Shown piece after piece: positions 42,860 through 53,711 of a stretch of DNA of 64,000 nt. The stretch spans positions 96,001 through 160,000 of the forward strand of contig CAWCKY010000002.1 in the NCBI GenBank assembly GCA_963796275.1. The letters are read 5' to 3'. Within the stretch, counting starts at the first letter, position 1; each line of letters opens with the position of its first letter. This DNA comes from an uncultured Acidobacteriota bacterium (GTDB taxonomy: Bacteria > Acidobacteriota > Blastocatellia > RBC074). The notes beneath the pieces are model-generated. The model did no database searches and was not told the DNA's origin. It saw nothing but the letters and a program-made list of their open reading frames with translations. Made by a program: the position numbers and the translations under genes.

Positions 42860-42967
42860 ATCTCCTTTCCTATTGTTCGCCTTCGCCCGGCTGCCGGCAC
42901 CCCTTCGGGGGCCAGCGTCGTGCGGTGTTCAGCGCCACGATCGCACGTCGGCTCGAGAGTCATACGC

Positions 42968-44884
42968 CTAAAAGGTGAATAACGTGGCAAGCTCCGAGCG
43001 CAAGTTATGGGTAGCGCGACTTGGAATGCCCCGAAATAGCGGCAACCCGCCGAAGCTGTCAGCTGTGTTGTTAGCGGCGCGCGTGCGGTAATACCCTTGC
43101 TCGAAGGCGAAGGTGACGAACGTATTCAATTTATATTGAATATTACCCGAGAAGAGATCGCTTCGGCCGCGAACGGGAGAGAACTGTCTGGCGTCGCGCG
43201 CATTCGCCTGATCATAACCGTAATACAAATATGCTGTCCAGCCTGCGTTCCGCCCCTCAGGATTGGCCCCGAAGATGCGCGAGAGTGGGAACCCTAATTG
43301 GACGAATCCCCCCTGCGCGCGAACCGGTCTCTGTGGCGCGACGGTGGAAACCCCGTTGAGTAAACCGAACGCGACGGTTGACGCCCCATCAATCGAAATG
43401 CCCGTGGCTATGTTCGACAGCCCTGCCGTGTCGTTAAAGTTTGAGATCAGTTGTCCGCCGAAGTAAAAGCGGAGATCCGAACCGTTGTAATACTTGCCGA
43501 CCAGGGTGATGGCCCGCGTCGGCAGTTGCAGCTCGGCGGTGTAGCCGATACTGCTGCTACCCACTTCCGCGCCGTTGGGGAAGGCCGATTGGAAAGCGGT
43601 GGGCACACCGGCAGCCGTAACAATCGCTTTGCGCCGCGCCTGCTCAAAACTGACGATGAACTGTGCGGGCTCAACCCCTGGCGTCTTATCAAGCTGCCAT
43701 TGTGTGACCATGCGAGCGTCAATCCCCGGGCGCCGCGAATCAGCGCCTTGTCGCTCGCCGAAACCCAACTGGTCGGCGACATTTGCGGGCAGATTGCCGA
43801 AGGCCGGAAAGACGACGGCGAATTCAGGCTGCAATTTCACCGAGCGCGAGCCGCCCAAGTTGTAGTTGAGACCAAAGCGAGTCTGGGGGGAGCGTTCGTA
43901 GATCGTCCCATAACCGAAGCCACCAAAATTGGTATTTTCAATCATGTTCGGCAGAGTTGAGGAAGCGAAGGCGGTATAGTCCTGACCGAAGAGGGCGAAG
44001 CCGGTAAGATTCTCGGTGAGCTGACGATCAATGCGCCCCCAGGCGAGGCGGAGCGAGGGTTGGCTGGAGCGAATCGAAGATATATTACGATTATCGACCC
44101 TGGTAAAGTCGCCCTCGAAATCGAACTCAAGGCGGCCCGTGATGATTGTCTTCGGAGCCGGATCGAGCCACTCGAACTGAGTACCCAAACGAAGGCCGCG
44201 CGCCCTGAGATGAAACTCCGGTGAACCCTTTGGCCCAGTATCTGTGGCCAACAACGGTAATGGGAAGTCATTGCCCTGCGGCGATGATGAAGCATAGATA
44301 ACACTGACCTTGAAGAACCCGTAGGGCTTGAGACGCACACCGGAGCTGAGCTTGATGTCAGGAATAAGACCTTCGCGTTTCGGCGGCTCGACTTGCAAGA
44401 GGCGTATAGGCGCCACAGCGGCGATTACTGGTGGCGAGGCTTCTGATTTCTGGGTGGCCGCTAATGCAGCCGGTTTCTCAATCATAGTTTGCTCAGCCGA
44501 CGGGGTGCCGGCCGGCCCCACGAAAGTTCCAGAGGTGCCATCTCCTGATGGAACGGCGGTTCGGAGGGCATCAAACTCGGCATCAGAGATCATTCCTTTC
44601 GCATGCAACAGGACGATTAAGCGATTGCGTTCCTCATCAGGTTTGCTGCCGGAGGCAATAAGACGCGCCTCTTCGGTGGTCAACAACTCTTTGGACACCA
44701 TTAGGCGGATCAGTGGATCGTTGATGACCGGGCCCGAATCGTCGGTTTTCTCTGACTGCGCGCGTGTCAGCGGAGCAGTCACAAGCAACAAAATGAGAGT
44801 TAATAGTAGGCCGAAAGCTCGCGACATTGCCCCGGCGCCTTTGATGAGCGTCGTCCTGATAAGTTTTATCCTTAACACATCCAT
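42968..44884 (-). CDS. Outer membrane beta-barrel porin (DcaP-like)
   Basis: Export signal; YGFFK, RLG, EFDF, LRLAW, GQD; C-terminal FTF. Confidence 0.75.
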   Translation of the reverse strand: MDVLRIKLIRTTLIKGAGAMSRAFGLLLTLILLLVTAPLTRAQSEKTDDSGPVINDPLIRLMVSKELLTTEEARLIASGSKPDEERNRLIVLLHAKGMISDAEFDALRTAVPSGDGTSGTFVGPAGTPSAEQTMIEKPAALAATQKSEASPPVIAAVAPIRLLQVEPPKREGLIPDIKLSSGVRLKPYGFFKVSVIYASSSPQGNDFPLPLLATDTGPKGSPEFHLRARGLRLGTQFEWLDPAPKTIITGRLEFDFEGDFTRVDNRNISSIRSSQPSLRLAWGRIDRQLTENLTGFALFGQDYTAFASSTLPNMIENTNFGGFGYGTIYERSPQTRFGLNYNLGGSRSVKLQPEFAVVFPAFGNLPANVADQLGFGERQGADSRRPGIDARMVTQWQLDKTPGVEPAQFIVSFEQARRKAIVTAAGVPTAFQSAFPNGAEVGSSSIGYTAELQLPTRAITLVGKYYNGSDLRFYFGGQLISNFNDTAGLSNIATGISIDGASTVAFGLLNGVSTVAPQRPVRAQGGFVQLGFPLSRIFGANPEGRNAGWTAYLYYGYDQANARDARQFSPVRGRSDLFSGNIQYKLNTFVTFAFEQGYYRTRAANNTADSFGGLPLFRGIPSRATHNLRSELATLFTF

Positions 44885-45090
44885 GCCGGCATCCTCCTTT
44901 GAGAGTATTTTTACAAATTCGAAAACAGCAAAATGACTTTAGTTGAAACGCTGGGGACGAGTGGCAAACATGGCTTGCGTCGCGTAGCCACCGGGCGCCT
45001 TGATACATCCGGCTAAAATCGGGCGCCGCTATGCGGCGATGCAGCTAGGAGGAGCCTTACATTTTCATCGTTACACTTTGAATATGGCGG

Positions 45091-45153
45091 AGCTTACCTG
45101 AGTCGCTCCGCCTGGTCTTTTCATATTTTGCTCATTTTATCTGTTTTTTGCCC
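45091..45153 (-). promoter_or_regulatory. Shared operator-promoter copy 6 (porin-FdhF-like operon)
   Basis: ggGCAAAAaacAGataaaatgaGCAAAAtatgaaAAGAC, 18-bp gap, TAAGCT. Confidence 0.8.
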
Positions 45154-45582
45154 ATCTCTTCGTCTGTCTTTTGAGAGAAGATGCTTCGTTGATACTTGGC
45201 GGGCTTGTCCTCCCAGGTAATCATATTTTTCGAAAATTTTGGTGGATTTTGTGCGAATCGTGCCCGTCATTGCAGTCGGAGATTGCCTTCGCCTTCTGTC
45301 ACCTGCTCGGCACCGTACGTCTTATGCCAGGCTCAAGCGCATTAAGAGCGCAACTCTTCGGAAAAAATGTTTCGTCTTGGCCAGCCTTGATTGCCGTAGT
45401 GATGGACCGCCTCTAAAGGGAAGAGCCCCGAACGTCTTTCCACATTTTGCTGAAAAATGCTCGATCTTGCGCAATTGTATTGATCGTCGATTTCCGGGGG
45501 ACGGAAATCAATTATTTCTTTTGGAGGCTTCCAGGCCCTATTACTATAAATGACGGGGTTTGCTGTGTCTCATGTTTGCTCA

Positions 45583-47088
45583 TTATTTTGTCAGCTCATG
45601 CTGCGTGGGCAACTTCGCAGTGTTCCAACTACCTCCCAGCGCCAGGATTAATTGGACGCTTTCCGTTATCTGTTGCATTCGAATATTCACCGCGGTTTGT
45701 TGATTGTTTAACAACGTTGTTTGAGCCGTGATCACATTAAGGTAGCTATCGATCCCGAGTCTGTACCGGTCGACGGCTAGCACCAAAAATCTCTCCGATG
45801 ATTTGACCGCGGCGTCCTGTTGCTGCCGTTCTTGCGACAGAATTCGCAACGCTGCGAGGCTGTCTTCCACCTCCTGAAAGGCCGTCAGTACGGTCTCCCG
45901 GTAGTTCGCAACCGTTAAATCATAGTTGGCCCGAGCCTGTTGGGAGACCGCCTTTCGCTCCCCGGCGTCAAAGAGCGTTTGCGCCAGCGAAGGACCCACA
46001 GACCAGATACGACTCGGCCAGATCAACCAATCGGCTATTGATGAGCTTTGGAATCCCGTTGAGCTATTTAGCAAAAGCGCCGGGAAGTATGCTGCTTTCG
46101 CCACTCCGATCCCGGCGTTCGCCTCAGCCACGCGGCGCTCTGCTGCACCGATATCCGGACGTCGCTCGAGAAGCTCAGAGGGAACGCCGAAGGGGATCGC
46201 CGGAGGAGTTGCTTTCAGCGGCTCGACTGGAATCGAGAACGTCGGAGCGGGGTGGCCGATGAGAAGTGCGATCGCATGCCCATATTGAGCCCGCAGTATA
46301 CCGAGATCGGTGGCCTGCGCCTGAGTGGTTTGGAGTTGAGTCTCAGCCTGGGCGACGTCCTGGTCCGATGCGATACCGGTATCGTAGAGAACCTTCGTCA
46401 GGTCGAGCGACTCCCGAAAAGCGATGACAGTTTCATCCAATAGCTGTCTGAGAGCGTCCTGCCCGCGAAGCTGATAATAAACAGTAGCGACCTGCGCGTG
46501 GATGCTGAGACGCGTGTTTTCCAGATCGGCAGCAGTGGCCTGAGCCTCATAGGCGTTCTCCTTGACAATGTTCCGAATACGACCCCAAAGATCAGGCTCC
46601 CAGGAGATATCGATCGGCAGCGCAAGATTTGTGGTTGTAATGCCGGTCGAAATATTTATTTGTCTTCCTGTCGATGATGACCGCGATCTTGTATAGGACG
46701 GAGTTGTCGTCACGAGCGGGAAATACTGTGACCGGGCTTGTTTGACCAGTGCCCGTGCCACCTCATAATTTGCTGCTGCCGCAGCAATGGTCTGGTTTGA
46801 AATATCTACTTGCTCTTCGAGGGCATTCAAGTTCGGATCACCGAACATTTCCCACCAGTTATCGCGAATCTGGTCCTCCTTCGGCTGGGCCACTTTCCAG
46901 CCATCTGTTTCTTTGAAATTCCCCGGTGTGAGCTCCTTGTAGGCCACGGGAGCCTGCACAGTCGGCTTACGATACTTTGGGCCGGTAGTACAAGAATTAA
47001 GTAAACCCAGGGTAAATAGAGAATACGAAACAATCAGTACCGCGAGCGGTAACGAGCGAGTCGTGATTGTTTCGGATTCTCTATTCAT
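45583..47088 (-). CDS. NodT/OprM-type outer membrane efflux lipoprotein
   Basis: Lipobox LNSC, WWEMFGDP.L, SWEPDLWGR, PSELLERRPDI, LALGGSW. Confidence 0.95.
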   Translation of the reverse strand: MNRESETITTRSLPLAVLIVSYSLFTLGLLNSCTTGPKYRKPTVQAPVAYKELTPGNFKETDGWKVAQPKEDQIRDNWWEMFGDPNLNALEEQVDISNQTIAAAAANYEVARALVKQARSQYFPLVTTTPSYTRSRSSSTGRQINISTGITTTNLALPIDISWEPDLWGRIRNIVKENAYEAQATAADLENTRLSIHAQVATVYYQLRGQDALRQLLDETVIAFRESLDLTKVLYDTGIASDQDVAQAETQLQTTQAQATDLGILRAQYGHAIALLIGHPAPTFSIPVEPLKATPPAIPFGVPSELLERRPDIGAAERRVAEANAGIGVAKAAYFPALLLNSSTGFQSSSIADWLIWPSRIWSVGPSLAQTLFDAGERKAVSQQARANYDLTVANYRETVLTAFQEVEDSLAALRILSQERQQQDAAVKSSERFLVLAVDRYRLGIDSYLNVITAQTTLLNNQQTAVNIRMQQITESVQLILALGGSWNTAKLPTQHELTK

Positions 47089-47130
47089 CTTCTAGTAACC
47101 GTAAACTCAAACGATAGGCGCCCTAGTGAT

Positions 47131-50100
47131 CTACTGATAGTCTGTTGCGACACCTCCCGAAATTCGATTTGCCCGTATGCGTGTAACCCACAACCTCAGC
47201 CGATCGAGGTAAAGGTACACAACCGGGGTTGTGTAGAGCGTGAGCATCTGGCTTACGATCAGTCCCCCGACGATGGTGATACCGAGCGGGCGTCTCAACT
47301 CCGACCCGGTCCCGGTGCCCAGTGCGAGCGGCAACGCGCCGAAGATGGCTGCCATAGTCGTCATCATGATTGGACGAAAACGCAGCACGCAGGCCTGATA
47401 GATGGCATCCGCGGGTCTTTTACCTTCATTGCGCTCGGCCGCCAGGGCAAAATCGATCATCATGATCGCATTCTTCTTGACGATACCGATGAGCAGAATG
47501 ATGCCGATCAGTGCGATTACACTGAGGTCTGTCCGGGTGATCAACAACGCCAGCACCGCGCCGACGCCCGCCGATGGGAGGGTCGAAAGAATCGTGATAG
47601 GGTGAACGTAGCTTTCATAAAGAATGCCCAGCACGATATAGACCGCCACCAGCGCCATTGCAATCAGGAGCGGTTCATTCGCCAGTGATGCCTGGAATGC
47701 CTGCAGTGTTCCGGAAAAGCTTCCGTGGATTGTTTCAGGCACACCTATGCCCTGCTTCATCTCCTCTATAACCCTGACAGCATCGCTGAGCGCCACACCC
47801 GGCGCGAGGTTGAATGACAGCGTCACCGAGGGAAACTGCCCTTGATGGTTGACGGCGAGCGGAGCTGTTGTCGGTTCGTAATGTGCGAATGCGCTCAAGG
47901 GAACCATTCCACCGGTACTTGTGGGAAGGTAAATCTCCTTCAACCCCGCAGGGCTCTGCCAGAACCTTGGCTCGACGCCCATCACGACGTAATACTGGTT
48001 CAGTTGCGTATACATGGTCGATACCTGCCTTTGTCCAAAGGCATCGTAGAGCGTATTGTCAATCATCTGCGGCGTGATCCCCATTCTCGACGCCGTCGAT
48101 CGGTCATAGACGAGTGAGGCTTGCAGGCCATTGTTCTGTTGATTGGTATTGACGTCGGTCAGACCGGGCAGCTTCCTCACCTGCTCGAGCAGGACAGGGC
48201 CCCATTTATTCAAATCCTGCAGGTTTTCGCTCTGAATAGTGTATTGATACTGCGCGTTGCTCTGAATCCCACCGATGCGCAAATCCTGCGAGGATTGCAG
48301 GAAGAGCGATGCCCCGGGCACCTGCGCCAGTTGCGGGCGTAATCGGTTGATGACCTGGTCCGCGCTGATCCATCGCTCATTGAGCGGCTTCAACGCGATG
48401 AACATTCGTCCGGTATTCGTTGTGAGGCCTGAGGGACCGCCGCTACCGGTGAAGGCCACTACGTTGGCTACCGCCGGATCGGCTTTAACGATGTCGACGA
48501 ATCGCACCATCCTTAATCGCATCGCCTGAAACGAAGTGTCCTGCGAACCCTGCATGCCGCCATTGATTCGCCCGGTATCCTGCTGCGGAAAGAATCCCTT
48601 GGGCACAATCATGAAGAGATAGATATTCACGCCGACCGTGATCAGAAGAACAACAAGCGTGAAGGCCGGATGTCGCAGCACCAGCCTCAGGCTGCGCTCA
48701 TAGACATCCAATATCCAGGCAAACACCTTTTCGCTTGCCCGATAGAGTCTTCCAAAATCTTCCTCTCGCTGATGCTTGAGCAGCATGGAACACATCATAG
48801 GCGTTGTGGTCAGAGAAATGACGAGAGAAACGAGAATTGCCGCCGAGAGCGTCACGGCAAATTCGCGGAACAAACGCCCGACGATACCCCCCATCAGTAA
48901 GATCGGAGTGAAAACGGCGACCAGCGAAATACTGATCGAGAGCACCGTGAAACCGATCTCCTTTGCCCCCGTCAAGGCAGCTTCCATAGGGCGCATTCCC
49001 TGCTCCAGATGGCGCGCCACGTTTTCGATGACCACAATTGCGTCATCCACCACGAATCCTGTCGAAATAGTAAGCGCCATCAGTGAGAGGTTATCAAGGC
49101 TGTACCCGAACAGATACATCACGCCGAATGTACCGATTAGTGAGACGGGGACCACCACGCCGGGGATAAATGTCGCTCGTACATTTCGCAGAAAGATAAA
49201 GACGACTATGATCACGAGCCCAATTGAGATAACCAGCGTGCGTTCCACATCCTGGACCGATGCTCGGATTGTAGTCGTCTGATCGAGTACGATCGTGAAA
49301 TCGACACCCGCGGGGATGGAGGCTTCTAACTGAGGAAGGGCTTGTCGAACGCCTTCAACGGTCTCGATGATATTTGCACCGGGCTCGCGGAATATAATCA
49401 CCAGGGCCGCCGGCTTTCCATTCGTTATTCCGGCCGATCGTAAATCCTGCACCGAATCTTGCACGTTGGCGATGTCCGACAGCTTGACGGCGGCGCCATC
49501 ACGGAAGCTGATGATCAGCGGACGGTAGTTTTCGGCCCTGAGCAGCTGGTCGTTCGCCGCCAGATCCGAGGTAGTCGTCTCATCCGACATCTGTCCCTTC
49601 GGCCGATTCGCATTCTGTTGGCTCAGCATCGCGCGAACGTCTTCGAGGCTGAGCCCATAGGCATTAAGTTGGGTAGGATTGACGTCGACGCGCACGGCAG
49701 GCAGTGAACTGCCGCCCACAACTACCTGGCCCACGCCCTCAACCTGCGAGAGCTTCTGCTGTACTAGTGTCGATGCAATATCGTAGAGGCGCCCCTGATC
49801 GTAGACCTCCGATGTCAGCGCCACGATCATAATCGGCGCATCGGCGGGATTTATTTTCCGATAGGTCGGATTGTTCGGCAGGTTGGTCGGCAGATACCCC
49901 CTGGCGGCATTGATGGCGGCCTGAACGTCTCTGGCAGCCGCGTCGATATCACGGTTGAGGTCAAACTGAAGTGTGATGCTGGTCGAGCCGAGAGTACTGG
50001 TGGAAGTCATCTCCGTCACCCCGGCGATGCGGCCGAATTGCCGCTCCAACGGTGTGGCGACCGAAGAAGCCATAATTTCAGGGCTTGCTCCCGGCAAACT

Positions 50101-50247
50101 CGCCTGGACTGAAATAGTCGGGAAGTCGATCTGCGGGAGCGGCGATACCGGCAGCACGTTGTATGCGACCACCCCTGCAAGCGCGACTGCCGCCGTCAGG
50201 AGAACGGTGGCCACCGGCCGATGAATGAATGGAGAGGATATGTTCAT
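47131..50247 (-). CDS. mdtC: RND permease MdtC-like
   Basis: [40 protein letters not shown]; second RND of a heteromeric pair. Confidence 0.88.
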   Translation of the reverse strand: MNISSPFIHRPVATVLLTAAVALAGVVAYNVLPVSPLPQIDFPTISVQASLPGASPEIMASSVATPLERQFGRIAGVTEMTSTSTLGSTSITLQFDLNRDIDAAARDVQAAINAARGYLPTNLPNNPTYRKINPADAPIMIVALTSEVYDQGRLYDIASTLVQQKLSQVEGVGQVVVGGSSLPAVRVDVNPTQLNAYGLSLEDVRAMLSQQNANRPKGQMSDETTTSDLAANDQLLRAENYRPLIISFRDGAAVKLSDIANVQDSVQDLRSAGITNGKPAALVIIFREPGANIIETVEGVRQALPQLEASIPAGVDFTIVLDQTTTIRASVQDVERTLVISIGLVIIVVFIFLRNVRATFIPGVVVPVSLIGTFGVMYLFGYSLDNLSLMALTISTGFVVDDAIVVIENVARHLEQGMRPMEAALTGAKEIGFTVLSISISLVAVFTPILLMGGIVGRLFREFAVTLSAAILVSLVISLTTTPMMCSMLLKHQREEDFGRLYRASEKVFAWILDVYERSLRLVLRHPAFTLVVLLITVGVNIYLFMIVPKGFFPQQDTGRINGGMQGSQDTSFQAMRLRMVRFVDIVKADPAVANVVAFTGSGGPSGLTTNTGRMFIALKPLNERWISADQVINRLRPQLAQVPGASLFLQSSQDLRIGGIQSNAQYQYTIQSENLQDLNKWGPVLLEQVRKLPGLTDVNTNQQNNGLQASLVYDRSTASRMGITPQMIDNTLYDAFGQRQVSTMYTQLNQYYVVMGVEPRFWQSPAGLKEIYLPTSTGGMVPLSAFAHYEPTTAPLAVNHQGQFPSVTLSFNLAPGVALSDAVRVIEEMKQGIGVPETIHGSFSGTLQAFQASLANEPLLIAMALVAVYIVLGILYESYVHPITILSTLPSAGVGAVLALLITRTDLSVIALIGIILLIGIVKKNAIMMIDFALAAERNEGKRPADAIYQACVLRFRPIMMTTMAAIFGALPLALGTGTGSELRRPLGITIVGGLIVSQMLTLYTTPVVYLYLDRLRLWVTRIRANRISGGVATDYQ

Positions 50248-50250
50248 ATA

Positions 50251-50318
50251 TTCAGTTTTCATTTTTCAGTTTCAGTTGGGACGGCTTTATCACTGAAAAC
50301 TGAAACTGAAAACTAAAA
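50251..50318. repeat. Palindromic heptamer element, copy 2
   Basis: TTCAGTTTTCA...CTGAAAACTGAAACTGAAAAC. Confidence 0.8.
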
Positions 50319-53300
50319 CCTCCTCGCAAGCCGATCAAAAAAGAGGTAGATAACCGGCGTCGTATACAAAGTAAGCAGCTGGCTCACCATCAGTCCGCCA
50401 ACGATGGTGATACCGAGTGGCCGGCGTAACTCCGATCCGATTCCCGACCCGAAAGCCAACGCCAGGCCAGCCAGAAGAGCGGCCATAGTGGTCATCATGA
50501 TCGGGCGAAATCGCAGCAGACAGGCTTCATAGATCGCATCGAGCGGGCTCTTGCCGCCATTTCGCTCCGCATCGAGAGCGAAATCGATCATCATGATGGC
50601 GTTCTTTTTAACGATACCTATCAGCAGGATGATGCCAATGATCGCAACCACATCCAGTTCCGACCGGCTGACCATCAGGGCAAGAATGGCTCCAACTCCA
50701 GCCGATGGGAGTGTCGACAGAATCGTAATCGGATGAATGTAGCTTTCATAAAGAACCCCCAGCACAATATAGACTGTCACCAGTGCCGCCAGAATGAGGA
50801 GAGGCTGGTTGGACAGTGAAGCCTGGAACGCTGCAGCCGCGCCCTGGAAGGCGGGCTGAATACTCGCCGGCATACCGATCTCTTTTTGAGCCCCTTCGAT
50901 CGCAGTTATGGCCTCACCCAATGCAGCGCCGGGGGCCAGGTTGAATGAGATGGTGACGACGGGGAATTGCCCTTGATGGTTGATAGACAGGGGCGCGGTC
51001 CCCGACTCAAAATGAGCGAACGCGCTAAGCGGCACTGCTCCATTCGAAGTGAAGGCAGAAGCCTGAGTAAAGACGGAAGCCTGAGCAACTGAAGTTCCAG
51101 TCGCAGATGACGTGGCGAAACCCGGAGCCGGCGCCGGCGCTGCGACTAAACTGGAAGCCTGCACAGCTGAAGTTGTAATCGCAGCCGACGCGGCTAGACC
51201 GGTAGCCGGCATCGGTGTTGCGACTATGCCGGATGACTGCGCAGTTGAAGTTGCAATCGCAGCCGACGCGGCAAGGCTTGTAGCCGGGGTCGCTGCCGGG
51301 ACTATGCTGGATACCTGAGGAGCTGAACCTCCAGCCCCAGAACCTACGCCGGCGAGACTTGCAGCCGGCGTTGCCGCCGGGGCAGCAGAGCGAACATAGA
51401 TGTCATGCAATTTAGCCGGGTTCTTTTGAAAGTCCGGCATCGTTTCCAGAATGACGTGGTACTGGTTCAGCTGTGTGAAAAGCGTCGAGACTTGGCGTTG
51501 ACCGAAGGCGTCGTAGAGCGTGTCAACGATCAAAAGTGGCGTAATCCCCATCCGCGAGGCCGTCACACGGTCGATGACGAGTGATGTTTGCAGGGCACGA
51601 GTCTGCTGGTCGGTGGCCACATCGCGGAGTTGAGCCAGCGCCTTCAGCTTGTCGACTATCTTCGTTGCCCAGGCGTTCAACTCATTCGAGTCGGGGGCTT
51701 CCAGCGTGTACTGATATTGTGTTCGGCTGACCCGATCTTCAATCGTCAAATCCTGCACCGGCTGCATGTAGAGCGTGATGCCGTCGACCTTCGCCAGTTC
51801 CGGCTGCAGGCGGCGGATCACCTCGGCGGCGCTTATTTTGCGATCTTCCAACGGCTTGAGATTGATCAGAATGCGACCGCTATTGAGCGTGGTGTTTGTG
51901 CCATCTACGCCGATGAACGAAGAAAGACTCGCGACCGCCGGGTCTTTCAGAACGACCTGGACGAGCGCCTGTTGTCTCTGTGACATCGCAGGGAACGAGA
52001 TCGATTGCTGTGCCTCCGAGATGCCCTGGATCACGCCTGTGTCCTGCACGGGGAAGAAGCCTTTCGGTACGATGATGTAAAGCCAGATAGTGAGGCCAAG
52101 CATCGCTACAGCTATGAGCAGAGTCGCCGCTTGATACTTCAGAACCCACTGAAGAGTCTTCCCATAGAATCCGATGATGCTTTGAAAGACATGTTCCGAT
52201 GCTCGATAGAGCCGCCCATGATGCGCCTCGGGTTTGTGGCGTAACAATTTGGCGCACATCATCGGCGTGAGCGTCAGGGAGACGATGGCAGAGATGAGAA
52301 TGGTCACGGCGAGGGTGATGGCAAACTCGCGGAATAACCGCCCGACGATGTCTCCCATGAAGAGCAGCGGAATCAGGACGGCGATCAGCGAAATCGTCAA
52401 AGACACAATAGTGAATCCGATCTGCTCAGCCCCCTTCAACGCAGCAGCGAGAGGGTTCTCGCCTGCCTCGACATAGCGAATGATGTTCTCGATCATAACG
52501 ATCGCATCGTCTACTACAAAGCCCGTCGAAATAGTCAACGCCATAAGAGTCAGGTTGTTGAGGCTATAGCCGAGCATATACATCACGGCAAGCGCCCCCA
52601 CGAGAGAGAGCGGCACCGCGACGCCCGGAATGATCGTCGCCGACAGGTTACGTAAAAAGAGAAAGATCACCATCACCACGAGCGCCACGGTTAGCATGAG
52701 ATCGAACTGAACATCCTTGACCGATGCGCGGATCGTAACGGTGCGATCAGTCAGAACCGAAACCTCAATGGAAGATGGCAGGGTCGTCTGCAGCTGCGGC
52801 AAAAGCGCTTTGATCCGGTCGACAACCTCGATGATATTGGCGCCAGGTTGCCGCTGGATGTTGACGATCACTGCCGGAACGTCATTCATCCATGCCGCCT
52901 GCTTGACGTTTTCTACATCGTCAATTACGGTCGCCACGTCCGACAGCACGACCGGCGCCCCGTTGCGATAGGCAACCAAAACGGACCGGTAATCCTTACT
53001 CGTCAAAATCTGATCGTTCGCGTTGATCTGATATGATTGGTGCGGCCCGTCGAGGTTCCCCTTGGCCAGGTTGACGCTCGTCTGTTGCACCGCGGACCGC
53101 AGATCCTCGAGATTGATGCCGTACGATGAGAGTGCCGTGGGGTTCGCCTGAATCCGGACAGCCGGTTTCTGGCCGCCGCTGATGCTCACCAGTCCCACCC
53201 CCGGCAACTGCGATATCTTCTGAGCGAGCCGTGTATCCGCCAGGTCCTGTACCTTTGATAACGGGATGGAGTTCGATGTCAGCGCCAATGTCAGAACCGG

Positions 53301-53711
53301 CGTGTCGGCCGGATTTGTTTTGCTGTAAATGGGCGGAGTAGGGAGATCAGCAGGCAGATAGGTCTGCGCCGCGTTGATCGCCGCCTGCACCTCTTGCGCT
53401 GCCACATCAATATTGATGTCGAGCGAAAACTGCAGAATGATGACGGAGCTGCCGCCCGAACTCGTCGACGTCATCTGATTCAGTCCCGGCAACTGCCCTA
53501 ATTGCCGTTCGAGCGGCGCGGTGACGCCGGTGGCCATGACATCGGGACTGGCCCCGGGAAAGAAAGTCAGGATTTGAATTGTGGGGTAGTCCACTTCGGG
53601 CAACGCCGAAACAGGCAGTTGCCTATATGCCACGATGCCGGCGAGCAGAATGGCCGCCATCAGCAGCGATGTCGCGACCGGCCGAAGGATGAACTGGCGA
53701 GAAGGACTCAC
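50313..53711 (-). CDS. mdtB: RND permease MdtB-like with an Ala/Ser/Thr-rich repeat insertion
   Basis: [33 protein letters not shown]; 1132 aa versus 1043 aa for its MdtC partner. Confidence 0.88.
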   Translation of the reverse strand: MSPSRQFILRPVATSLLMAAILLAGIVAYRQLPVSALPEVDYPTIQILTFFPGASPDVMATGVTAPLERQLGQLPGLNQMTSTSSGGSSVIILQFSLDINIDVAAQEVQAAINAAQTYLPADLPTPPIYSKTNPADTPVLTLALTSNSIPLSKVQDLADTRLAQKISQLPGVGLVSISGGQKPAVRIQANPTALSSYGINLEDLRSAVQQTSVNLAKGNLDGPHQSYQINANDQILTSKDYRSVLVAYRNGAPVVLSDVATVIDDVENVKQAAWMNDVPAVIVNIQRQPGANIIEVVDRIKALLPQLQTTLPSSIEVSVLTDRTVTIRASVKDVQFDLMLTVALVVMVIFLFLRNLSATIIPGVAVPLSLVGALAVMYMLGYSLNNLTLMALTISTGFVVDDAIVMIENIIRYVEAGENPLAAALKGAEQIGFTIVSLTISLIAVLIPLLFMGDIVGRLFREFAITLAVTILISAIVSLTLTPMMCAKLLRHKPEAHHGRLYRASEHVFQSIIGFYGKTLQWVLKYQAATLLIAVAMLGLTIWLYIIVPKGFFPVQDTGVIQGISEAQQSISFPAMSQRQQALVQVVLKDPAVASLSSFIGVDGTNTTLNSGRILINLKPLEDRKISAAEVIRRLQPELAKVDGITLYMQPVQDLTIEDRVSRTQYQYTLEAPDSNELNAWATKIVDKLKALAQLRDVATDQQTRALQTSLVIDRVTASRMGITPLLIVDTLYDAFGQRQVSTLFTQLNQYHVILETMPDFQKNPAKLHDIYVRSAAPAATPAASLAGVGSGAGGSAPQVSSIVPAATPATSLAASAAIATSTAQSSGIVATPMPATGLAASAAITTSAVQASSLVAAPAPAPGFATSSATGTSVAQASVFTQASAFTSNGAVPLSAFAHFESGTAPLSINHQGQFPVVTISFNLAPGAALGEAITAIEGAQKEIGMPASIQPAFQGAAAAFQASLSNQPLLILAALVTVYIVLGVLYESYIHPITILSTLPSAGVGAILALMVSRSELDVVAIIGIILLIGIVKKNAIMMIDFALDAERNGGKSPLDAIYEACLLRFRPIMMTTMAALLAGLALAFGSGIGSELRRPLGITIVGGLMVSQLLTLYTTPVIYLFFDRLARRF

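Noticed and set aside
44940-45060. Riboswitch (e.g. Moco) in the long porin leader
   Set aside because: Some pairing potential but no consensus I can recognise; an Rfam scan is needed
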